From Ginkgo biloba (lineage: Eukaryota > Plantae > Ginkgophyta), in assembly GCA_024626585.2 (NCBI GenBank), contig JANKJI020000004.1:160274392-160293237 (forward strand): DNA of 18,846 bases, in the 5' to 3' direction. Under the pieces are notes generated by a model. It did not search any database, was not told where the DNA came from, and saw only the letters and a program-made list of their open reading frames with translations. The position numbers and the translations under genes are program-made. This document shows, piece by piece, positions 1 through 10,256 of the stretch (its first letter is position 1; every line of letters begins with the position of its first letter).

Positions 1-376
1 AAGCGTTGTCTGTCGAAATGGGCAAAATTGTGTGAAATGACGGATTATCTGCAACTGGGTTCCACTCTTCCTTAACTGCAGTTAGCCGATAGCTTGGGCT
101 GTCAACCCTCGGGTTGGTTTTGGAGGACCTCCTTGCCTTCCCTCCCCATTGTTGAACTGGGAAACCTTCATCCCTTGGAAGATAAGCCAGTTCTGCTAGA
201 GCATAGGCTGCATCCAACTCGATTTTCACAAGCCGATCTTGCCCACATTGCTCACTAGGACCTTTGCCAGATTTAGCACTGGGGGACAAATTTGGCTTGT
301 TTTTCTCCCCATTTCCACCCAAAACAGGCTTGCTTTCCTGGGGACTTCGCTCCTCTTCATTCGATCGGCCTCCCAT
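1..376 (-). CDS. 5' part (first 125 codons, runs off the window) of a probable bZIP transcription factor, AtbZIP62/At1g19490-like
   Basis: Manual translation from ATG at 376 (context GCCATGG) is stop-free to the edge: MGGRSNEEERSPQESKPVLGGNGEKNKPNLSPSAKSGKGPSEQCGQDRLVKIELDAAYALAELAYLPRDEGFPVQQWGGKARRSSKTNPRVDSPSYRL... The motifs DRLVKIELDAAYALAELA and WGGKARRS resemble the N-terminal E-L/M-EAAEALADLA...WGSKGKR block I recall from bZIP62-type proteins. The region is GC-rich and retains CG/CWG. The bZIP domain itself is not in the window. Confidence 0.72.
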   Translation of the reverse strand, partial: MGGRSNEEERSPQESKPVLGGNGEKNKPNLSPSAKSGKGPSEQCGQDRLVKIELDAAYALAELAYLPRDEGFPVQQWGGKARRSSKTNPRVDSPSYRLTAVKEEWNPVADNPSFHTILPISTDNA

Positions 377-643
377 GGCTCTACATCGAAATCTACCAAC
401 AACAGCAGCAGCAGAGATGAAAAGGATGCCGAAGAAAACCCAGTTCATCTAATTCCTCTGCATGTCTCGTACGGAAAACCCATCAAAACCCTTGTCTTCT
501 CGTCTTACNNNNNNNNNNNNNNNNNNNNNNNNNNNNNNNNNNNNNNNNNNNNNNNNNNNNNNNNNNNNNNNNNNNNNNNNNNNNNNNNNNNNNNNNCGGC
601 ATACCAGGCAACTTCTTTGCAGGCTTTGACCAACTGGATGTCT

Positions 644-756
644 GCCACGTGGAAAGAGCAGGAGTTTCGAGCGCAGATGCGACTTATCCTCTCGGTCTGC
701 GGAAGAAAATAAGTGGCATATCGGCACGTGGCACGTCGGAAGAGAGTAACTTATCC
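644..756. promoter_or_regulatory. G-box/ABRE and I-box cluster upstream of the bZIP-like gene
   Basis: GCCACGTGG at 644-652, CACGTGGC at 725-732, CACGTC at 732-737, and CTTATCC (GGATAAG on minus, I-box) at 683-689 and 750-756. All lie 270-380 nt upstream of the ATG in a CG-rich island. Confidence 0.55.
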
Positions 757-909
757 TACACCAAAAAATGCGGGCACTTCGCTTTTCCGCCTCCGGGCTA
801 TTTTTGTAAATTGTGGAGTTTTTTGAGGGATTTAATGATCCATTATAGGCTGGTTGTTCTTTTTGGGTTACACGTACTTCCAATGTGTTTTGCCATGTGA
901 AATTTGGGG

Positions 910-963
910 TTTTTTTTTTTTTTTTTTTTTTATTTGAAATTTTGTTTTTTTTTTTTTTTTTTT
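910..963. repeat. two poly(T) tracts
   Basis: T runs at about 910-931 and 945-963, at the boundary between the GC-rich promoter island and AT-rich TE-derived DNA. Confidence 0.9.
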
Positions 964-1269
964 CTTTTTAAATTTTTTAAATTTAAACTCCCTCCTAATT
1001 TCAAATTGACTTCTTACCTCCCTTTTACCTTACGAATATAATTTATCTTTTTAGAATGTTGTTTTCATTTTCTACATCACTTATGTGAACATAATTTTTT
1101 TAAATACTAAAAAATACATCTATAAATTTTCAATCTCCAATAATCACCACATGCAATGATCTTCATAACATGAATTAAATTGGTCCATAAATCCATCTAT
1201 GATTGTTACATAGAATCCCAAAGAATATAACTCTAATAGATTCTAACAAGGTAATGACCAAATAATATT

Positions 1270-1990
1270 ACTCTTTCTCAAGAGCTAAAGGATCAAATAT
1301 TAAGGAACATATTCTTTAGGTGTAATGAATCCTAGACTAAGGATATATATGCAAAACATAAAATAGGAAACCTCACATGGTCAAATCTACCAATCTACCA
1401 TGAACCTAAAGAACAAAATGAGAAAAAAGTAACAAAAATTCATCAAGAAGCATAAAAAGAAGAAATGTAAATGACATCATGCAAGAATCCCCAATAAAAA
1501 TAAATAAAGTAGAAGTCTCACTATCAACAATGATTAGATTCCCATATTTAGGCATATTCAAAGTACATGGACTCATTTATAAGTCTAAACCCTTAGTCAT
1601 GGTGGACTTTAGAAGCATATATAACTTCCTTGATATAAGAAAAATAAAAGGGTTAAGACTACACATCAACTATAAAAATGATTTTTTGGTGGAAGTTCAA
1701 GAACATAACAAATTATCATAGTATGTTATTATACAAAATATTAGTCTTGAAATGGGTAAATATATTTTAATATTATGTTTCTTTACATCATCAATTGAAG
1801 ATAGAAATTTGTTATTAGTCATCCAATGGCTTCAAAAACACACACACGAATAAGAAGATAGATCATGATGAAAATATCATCCAAACTTAATATAATCAAG
1901 TGCCAAATTTATGGTACACATACTCTACCTAATAAAGTGGTTGATATCAAGTATATAGGAAATTCCATTCATAAAGAATGTGTTGATGCC
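1270..1990 (+). mobile_element. decayed Ty3/gypsy gag C-terminus and aspartic protease
   Basis: LSQELKDQILRNIFFRCNES* resembles the gag knuckle region. IFKVHGLIYKSKPLVMVDFRSIYNFLD matches the gypsy protease pattern K+.G.I......++DSGSTHNF+D, with the DSG motif degraded to DFR. It is followed by LLLVIQWLQ (consensus +LG+QWL). Stops are present. Confidence 0.7.
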
Positions 1991-2832
1991 CTCCTTCAAA
2001 ATGGAAACTAAGAGAGATATGGAGAGATTCTAGGTAGATTTTTCTAAGGTCACCATGAAGTTGGACCCCTTTGTGGCCAGGTGCTTTTCATGTGATTCAT
2101 ATAGAGAGACAAGGGATAGTCGTGGTTTCTCAGAGTTGACTTAAATTTAACTCAAATGTAGTGTTTTCTAAGCCTATTGATTGCATACATTGATCCCACT
2201 AGAAGGCCCTAAGGCATGTGATTAACATGGTTGGGCATTTAATANNNNNNNNNNNNNNNNNNNNNNNNNNNNNNNNNNNNNNNNNNNNNNNNNNNNNNNN
2301 NNNNNNNNNNNNNNNNNNNNNNNNNNNNNNNNNNNNNNNNNNNNATAGGAACATTACATTATATTATAATAAGACATTACATTGGGGTTCATAACAATTA
2401 TCTAGTACAATAAGTTAAGAATTAGAGACATTATTTTCTTATAAAATAGACCATAGTGCACTCATATCACAACCGTCTACAATAATTGCAAACATAATCC
2501 AAGTTGTAGAATGCTATAAACCTCAAATGTAACACCTACTTATAATAGTTCAACATTGTGATCAGTATAATAAAGGTACCTTAAAATAAATTATTGATTT
2601 ATTATTTAGGCTTCCAATTACTTATTTAATTTCTTTAATTTAATTATAACATTTTAAATTTGAATAATTCAAGAAGTTATACTAGGATGACAAATATTTT
2701 ACAGAGATATACTTTTCCCTATAGTAACCTACATTGCTACAAGTAGAATAGTACCAAGATTACCACCTACAATATGAATTCTTGTATAGTTTAAGAAATA
2801 TTTTCATGCCATAAGGAGGGAACCACATTTAT

Positions 2833-3375
2833 CTTATCAAAGAAGCACACCATTCCAAGGTGGCAAGGCATTTTGGAGTGCAAAAGACTTTGCATAATTT
2901 ATAGAGACATTTCCATAGGCCACAAATGGCCAAAGATGTTGTGAGGTTTATCAAGGCGTGTGCATCATGCTGCATTTCCAAGCAAGCTAATAGATAGCTT
3001 GAAAGCTACATGCCTTTGCATATACCAGCGAGACCATGGGAGTCCATCTCCATGGATTTTCCGGGTGGATTGCTAACCACTCAAAAGAGACATGATTATT
3101 TATTTGTCATAGTGGACATGTTCAACAAGAAGGTTGTCCTAATCCCCTACAAGAAGACTGTTAGGTGACAACAAGTAGCAAAATTGTTTTCGAACATGTG
3201 TGGGTGCATTTGGGATTTGCCCACATCCATCAACTCAGATAGAGACAACAAATTCCTTATCCAATTTTGGCAAGCCCTTTGGGCATTTATGGATAGAAGA
3301 TTGAAAAGACGTGCAACTTTTCATCCACAGACTAATGGACAGTTTGAAGTTGTCAATAGAACAATGGTGCAACTC
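2833..3375 (+). mobile_element. decayed Ty3/gypsy integrase (HHCC zinc finger and DDE core)
   Basis: LIKEAHHSKVARHFGVQKT...FIKACASCCISK...PARPWESISMDFPGGL...YLFVIVDMFNK...INSDRDNKFL..FW..LW...TFHPQTNGQFEVVNRT. It has three in-frame stops and a pair of compensating frameshifts near 3190-3215, and is cut by the gap at 3376. Confidence 0.93.
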
Positions 3376-3496
3376 NNNNNNNNNNNNNNNNNNNNNNNNN
3401 NNNNNNNNNNNNNNNNNNNNNNNNNNNNNNNNNNNNNNNNNNNNNNNNNNNNNNNNNNNNNNNNNNNNNNNNNNNGTGTACTAAGTCAATAGGAAG

Positions 3497-4314
3497 GGAA
3501 GGATATTTGATTGGGCTAATATCATCAGTGGTACCCTTATGTAACAACTTATCGAGCTGTCTAGAACACGTAGATTTTATATGATATATCATATGGTATT
3601 TATGCAATTATTTTCTCTAGGAATTTTTTTAGATTCCCATTTAATTGGGTGAATAAGGAGGATAAGAGATTGCCTATGCTAGTTTGGTATCTCAAANNNN
3701 NNNNNNNNNNNNNNNNNNNNNNNNNTTATCTATTGAATGATAAATTTGTGTATCAATTTTTTTCCCTACTATATTGTATGGAACCCCATAGAGTTGGTGA
3801 ATATATCAAAGAATCCTTAAGAGGCCTTAGTGATTTGTGTTTGGAAAAAGAATAATCCTATATCATATTATATGGTTTTGATGGTGCACCATGTCATTTG
3901 CCAAAATATGCATATGATTGTATTGTATTATTTGAAATGTGTTGGCAAATTATAGCCACCCACACTAAAGTCTCCCAAAGATAGAAGAAAGTTTCTTTCC
4001 ATTCCTTTCCTATCAGGATAGGTAATTTTACAGTTACCAACATTAGCTAGGACAAAGATCACACTAAAAAAATTCTAGATTATAAATTTGAAGAGGTGGG
4101 TGCTAGATAATATGATTCTTAAGGAGTATTTATGCAACATTGTAGGATCCATTCTTATCATGTTACAAACATTGAAGATAAGTATTGTAATCCAATTGAC
4201 TATGATTGGGTAGCACATAAGAAAAGGGGAAGCATCACTCTCCCAATAAGCTCTAAATATTTAAATTCATCAAAGGATAGTGATATTTTTTTTAAGGTTG
4301 GTGTACCTGCTTAG
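3497..4314 (+). pseudogene. relic ORF of unknown function, probably an accessory ORF of an LTR retrotransposon
   Basis: GRIFDWANIISGTLM*QL...RRFYM before the small gap. After it, one frame holds for about 195 codons (3727-4314), broken only by point stops: ...LRGLSDLCLEKE*SYIILYGFDGAPCHLPKYAYDCIVLFEMCWQ...FPIRIGNF...R*YDS*GVFMQH. From recall this resembles TE-associated hypothetical proteins of gymnosperms; not verified by search. Confidence 0.5.
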
Positions 4315-4803
4315 TATTAGAGGCTTTGACAGAATAGTACAGAAGCAATTTGATCAATATCCAAAGGGATAATATGATTCCATCAATTGTAGTTTCTGCA
4401 TAATGATGAAATCTAGAGATATATATGAAGCTTCAGGTTCTGTTGATGCACACATTTTGAGAAAATAACCATCATGTTTATGCATGCTCTTATAGACTTC
4501 ATCATGTCAGTGCGTGCTCTTAGAGTATGTATTTTGGTGGTACCATACTTTTGTGACACATTTTTTTTATACTTCCTACAAAACTCACAAACTAAAAATT
4601 TATCATCTAGAATGAAGCATCACTTGCATGAAGCCCGAGTTCCATTGTGTACTCACCCTCTAACTCTGTCATAATAGCCTATGAAGATTCTTAGATGTTA
4701 TGANNNNNNNNNNNNNNNNNNNNNNNNNNNNNNNNNNNNNNNNNNNNNNNNNNNNNNNNNNNNNNNNNNNNNNNNNNNNNNNNNNNNNNNNNNNNNNNNN
4801 NNN

Positions 4804-5200
4804 AATTTTATGGATATAAATCCAATTATGACATGGGAAAACCAACCCATATGTCCTCTTTTATGGATTAATAAGTTAAAAAATTATTTTTCCTTTATAA
4901 AATCTTAGATAGATGAAGAAAAACTTAACTTTACTTCTTTACACCTTGGTAGAAGAATAAAAAGATGGTATCTAGAGTAGAAATGGTGTAATAATGGATC
5001 ATGGATAGATTTATTGATAATTTTTTATAATATATATACAAGGGACATATTCCCAAAATAAAGAATCATTGAAGGACTATGTTGATAAATTTTCTATAAT
5101 AAAAAAGTTGGCAAAGCTACTAGATTATACATTGTTGGAACTATTTATTAATGGTCTTTAAGATGATAGAATGATTACAAAGTTTAGATCATCACCACTA
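4804..5200 (+). mobile_element. decayed Ty3/gypsy gag (capsid region)
   Basis: PLLWINKLKNYF...DEEKLNFTSLHLGRRIKRWY...SW....ESLKDYVDKF...LLELFINGL fits the Retrotrans_gag pattern (P..W+.K.E.YF, EK+..A..HL.G.A..W, S+.+Y...F, F+.GL), with stops and frameshifts. Confidence 0.55.
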
Positions 5201-5281
5201 ATAGGATTTTCAAGAATAATAACAATAAAAAAGGAGTAGTTATAGAAATATTTTTAAATGAAACTATACTTAAGGCTACCT

Positions 5282-6302
5282 ACTAACACATGGTGTCAAT
5301 GTCATCATCTCCTATGTCATTCATTAGAAACAAACACCTTTGAGTCACTCATTAAAGGATTCTCTATGCCAACTCCTTATTGATTATTGATGAATATGGT
5401 AACACCAACAATTGACTACTCATTAGTGACACAACCACCATCTACCATTGCCTCTAGGATCTCAATAGATAGATCCCATTAAAAATTTCCATACTCATTG
5501 GTCATGTTCTATCAATTTATTGTTAGTTGTTGATATCACCTCCCATGATGTGAAATTTAAAGGGAATAAAGATATGATCCCGCATCGATTCCACAAAACA
5601 TCCAAGGTTCATAGCGAATTTCTAACCTCCATCAGTGACATCAACAACCAAAGTCACAACACCAATAATATAAAAATAATGGTCAGTCACTGACTAATAT
5701 ATTAAAAAGGATGTTTGACAATACAATTGGTCTTGTCAGCCACTACACACTATAACTTACAAAAATAACATCCTCATTTGAGAACCACATATAAACAAAA
5801 TAAAATAATACATCCTTGCTACTAGAGGGAATTATAAGATTAAAAATATATAATATAATAACATTCAATGCTAAGGTTAGTTCCTTTCATCAACACTCTA
5901 TTTTTTCCAATCTTCTTCACTTTATGATTCTACACCAAGGTCCTATCTTGCCTTAGCTTCACTCAATTTGTCACCATTCAACAACGTAGCTTCCTAAAGA
6001 TCTTCCATAACTTTAATCTCATCGGTGCAAACTCCTTCCAAACCCTTGGTAGGGTTATGCCACAATTATTCAATAACAACTTCCTCTATCGATGAAATAC
6101 TCAATGTCATGCCTTGACTACCTCATAATTAACAATCTGTCATTCTTTCTATACTTCCTTTTCCCATGGACACTTTTGGAACTACCTTGTAATAAACATT
6201 CAGTTCCTCTTGGGATTATCTCCACATATAAAACTTTGTGGGTGTAATTTACTCCTAGTGTAATAATATCACCATATTAGGATGCCTCTAGATTGATGTC
6301 TT
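5282..6302 (-). repeat. copy A of a diverged ~1 kb direct repeat (probable non-autonomous gypsy-derived element)
   Basis: Collinear with 6431-7450. Shared strings include aaacacctttga, aatttaaaggga, atccaaggttca, aaaggatgtttgacaataca, acaaaataaaataatacatcct, ctactagaggga, tagggttat and gattgatgt. Confidence 0.85.
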
Positions 6303-6430
6303 NNNNNNNNNNNNNNNNNNNNNNNNNNNNNNNNNNNNNNNNNNNNNNNNNNNNNNNNNNNNNNNNNNNNNNNNNNNNNNNNNNNNNNNNNNNNNNNNNN
6401 NNCTATGATATTTTTTGCATTCTGATATCA

Positions 6431-7893
6431 ACTAACATAGGGTGTTAGTATTATCAAATCCTATGTCACTCATAAAAAAAAAAACACCTTTGATTCACAC
6501 ATCAAAGGCCACTCTATCCTTATCAATAATCAATGATGATGGCAATACCAACACTCAATTTCTCATCGATGACATGAATACCATCCACCACATCCTCTAA
6601 GATCTTAATAGATAGACCCTACCAACATCATCGATGATTCTCATAAATTATTTTCATAGTTTTCCAGTATATCATTGGTCGATGATAACACCTCCCGTAG
6701 TGTAGAATTTAAAGGGAACAAAGGTCCAATCCCTCGTTGGTTCTACAAAATATCCAAGGTTCACAATGAATTCTTGACCTCTATTGGTGATATTAACAAC
6801 CAAAGGCACAACACCAATAAATAAAAATAATTTTCAGTGATTGACTAAATATGTTATAAAGGATGTTTGACAATACAGTTGGGCTTGTTGGCCATTGCAA
6901 ACTATAACTTATAAAAATAATTTCCTCATTTAGGATCCACATACAAACAAAATAAAATAATACATCCTCACTACTAGAGGGAAATACAAGATTCAAAATT
7001 TATAGGAAAATATACAAATATGTTATTTATGCTTCACATTGGTGATCTACCTTGATCTATTACTTGATATCCATAGCTCTACAAAAAGGTTATGTATTTT
7101 TTATGCTTCACTCATCCAACTCATTGTTTGATATTAAAGCTATCCAACAATCCTCCATAAATTCAAGACTCATTATCCCAATCTCCTTTCAATCCCTTAA
7201 TAGGGTTATATCACAAGAATGAGAGGAAAACTTCCTCCATTAGTAAAATCCTCAATGCCTTTCCTTAACTTCCTTGCAATTGATGATCTATTAGCCTTTT
7301 AGGATTATCTTTCCAAAGGAAACTTGTGGAATGCCTCACATTTGGTGTTCATTTTCTCTTTAATTTATATTTGCAACTAGAAATTTATAAGTGCTCACTT
7401 CACCTAGTATATCACGCTTATCACCTCAGGTTATCTCTTGATTGATGTTTTCCTATCCTATATTCTATCACTCTACTTCTTCACTCTAAGCTACCTTACC
7501 TTAAATGTTATACTCTTAATTTTTTTCCAAATCTCTATTTTCCTAATTATCTAACTCCTTAATGGAATTACTAGAAGAACCACTCAATGAACCCATTATT
7601 GGAGAACTCTAATGACAATCCCCCAAATGAATAACTAACCCATCTAACAGATAAACCCCTTTTTCCTCCTTTCTTGATGTTTATCTGCTTCATTTAAATT
7701 GCCTGGAAGCCATCGCTTCCCTCCAATGGATCAATTAGTGAGATTCATTATAACTATAATCGCTCCCGCCATTAATTTTCCTTTAACAACCATCTCTTGC
7801 TATGGCGTAACTTCCTCATTCTCTATAGTTCCATAATGGTTGGGATAATGGTCATGCTAATAAGTCTATTTGATTATCCACTTCGATCCTTGA
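6431..7893 (-). repeat. copy B of the repeat (6431-7450), extended upstream on the minus strand by a gypsy gag-like remnant
   Basis: Collinear with 5282-6302. The minus strand near 7700-7620 reads QERRKKGFIC*MG*LFIWG, like the gypsy gag ERRxKGLC..C knuckle. Both copies share a degraded frame (L.GS.G..L.I...EEV....L.HNP.KGL.G). Confidence 0.7.
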
Positions 7894-8679
7894 NNNNNNN
7901 NNNNNNNNNNNNNNNNNNNNNNNNNNNNNNNNNNNNNNNNNNNNNNNNNNNNNNNNNNNNNNNNNNNNNNNNNNNNNNNNNNNNNNNNNNNNNATAGAGT
8001 GTCCCTTGTCCCTAGTAATACTATGCATATCAACTGAGGAAGGTAACTAATAATTAATTCTATGCATAATGATTGGTGGCAATTATTAGCTAGCTCCTAG
8101 TATTTAAATGAAATGTAGATCCCTAGTCCTTAGTAGTCCTATGTAGCCAAACTAAGGAAGGGAGAGAATATACCCCATATATTCTATGATTCCCAAGCAA
8201 TGATAGTAGAAAATTATGAGAGACTATAATGTTTGTTTGTCATATGAGGGAGATAGAGTGTTAGATTTCCATCTTAGCACAATCCATGGATTCAAACCAA
8301 TACTTTACATTATTTTCCTATTATTTCATTCTCCCTTTTGCATTATTAAAAAAAAATTACATTTTTTAATACAATGTTTCAAACTTTCAAATGAAAATTT
8401 TTAACTTTGAGATGGAATTTAGGATGACCAAGCAAGGATGAAAATTGTTCATTATGGAGTCACATGAAGAAAGAAAAAGACCAAATGAACAAGTAGAAGA
8501 TTAGTTTAAAATTTTGAAATAGGTTTGTGACTATGCCCTTATCCTACGTATATTAACCCATGAAAAATAGGCAATGCCATGCAAGAAAGAAGTGAAATGG
8601 TTGGAGACAAGATAAGTCACTTAAGTAATAATTAAAACTCCATAAAAAAAACTAAACCCTCAACACCATGTTGCATACA

Positions 8680-9065
8680 CTATAAATATCGCTAACTAAC
8701 TAATGACATGTTTTAAACAATTCTTTATTCTTATACAAAGATTCAAAATATCCCTCCTTGTTGTTGCAGATGCGTNNNNNNNNNNNNNNNNNNNNNNNNN
8801 NNNNNTGCAGATTTTATAATTTTAGTGTCACTTGTCTCGTTCGCCATTGAAGGTGGAAAACAAATCCATCCTTTCAAAAATAGTATTTCTAACCCATATG
8901 GATCATATAAATAATTAATTTTACACACTCATCGTAGGATCGAAGCATGAGGCAACACTCACCTCATCAACATGGTGTGATGACTTAGAACTAAACCCTA
9001 GAGTGTGTCCAGTTCAGTTCATGGGATTCCATCGTCTAACCATGGAATTAGCACGAATGATATAA
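8680..9065 (+). other. weak candidate two-exon small secreted-peptide gene or pseudogene
   Basis: CTATAAATA at 8680-8688, ATG at 8770, then a 30-N gap and the hydrophobic stretch ADFIILVSLVSFAIEG. A possible 85-nt AT-rich GT..AG intron at 8853-8937 (phase 1) is followed by an open frame SKHEATLTSSTWCDDLELNPRVCPVQFMGFHRLTMELARMI* ending at 9065. CG is locally retained. The frame across the gap cannot be verified. Confidence 0.22.
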
Positions 9066-10256
9066 GATGCAAGATGATGAATGATAAGGGCACCAAAAAG
9101 GTATACATCAATGACAACCATCAAGAAGGATGCACAAACTTGGGATGGTCATTTTTCAAAAAAACATAGCCTCTTCCTCTACTTATAGCACTTATACTTT
9201 CCTTATAGAATTACAATTAAGTCTCTACTAAAATTACCTTCATAAAATTTGAGGTTAAATAAGATTGTAATATAGATGTCATATTCATTATCAGTTTAAA
9301 AACATGAATTGATTGATAGTTATGTTTGTAAATCATATTATTTAACATACCTGGAGATTGATCTCCCNNNNNNNNNNNNNNNNNNNNNNNNNNNNNNNNN
9401 NNNNNNNNNNNNNNNNNNNNNNNNNNNNNNNNNNNNNNNNNNNNNNNNNNNNNNNNNNNNNNNNNNNACAACTATATTGTTCATCTTTTATGTTGCATAA
9501 TTTATTACATAATTCACATGTTGTTTCCTTCCATATGATTAGTTGAGTCTTCCATCTTTATGTTTTGTTCTACAAATCACAGGAATTTGTTCCAAATCCA
9601 TATGTTTTCTTCTCATATTTTGGCTTGAAACTTTGTTTGAAATGTTAGTTACTCTTGAAATTTTTTGAAATCCTTGCCTGGTAATCAATAACATGCATAA
9701 TGCATTTATTCCTATGAAAGTTGCATTGAGATTTTATTGAAAATAGGTAAATCTAAAAAATTACGAAGAACACCAAGGTATTTGGGTTTTCTTTACAATC
9801 ATAGAAGGCTTAAGGCATATTCCCTCAAAATAACCACATGAGACANNNNNNNNNNNNNNNNNNNNNNNNNNNNNNNNNNNNNNNNNNNNNNNNNNNNNNN
9901 NNNNNNNNNNNNNNNNNNNNNNNAAAGTCTAAACATAGATCAAGAAGAAGATTAGAAATATGTTGGTGATTAATAATATGCCATTGAGATAGGTTGTTCA
10001 ATATTTGTGAATCCAATGCTCCTTTTGGAAAGAGACAAAAAGAACAACCTTATGGCATGTTTGACAAATGATGAAAATAGATCTGTAGAAATAAAAAGTT
10101 TTCACTTTCATGTATTAGTTTTAATTTTACTTTTGGTAAAGTTATTAAGGAAAGTAATTACATATTCATATAAGGATGAATACATCCTTGAAAAGATCCC
10201 TATATCAAGTGATAAGGGCAATGCTAAATATCTTCAACTCAACACATTCTTGCAAC

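Noticed and set aside
239-900. ORF-track entries 239..712(+), 264..452(+), 449..883(-) and 649..900(+)
   Set aside because: Antisense shadows of the bZIP-like exon, or frames through promoter and gap sequence. No recognisable motifs, and several use non-ATG starts.
4310-4470. Minus-strand FHHYAETTIDGII, faintly like the chromomethylase BAH-adjacent HY....VDG motif, in a slightly CAG-richer patch
   Set aside because: Match too short and the flanking residues do not continue the similarity.
8938-9170. C...CPV as a plant Kazal-type inhibitor
   Set aside because: The following CF..DPVCG...TY.CG cysteines are absent in all frames.
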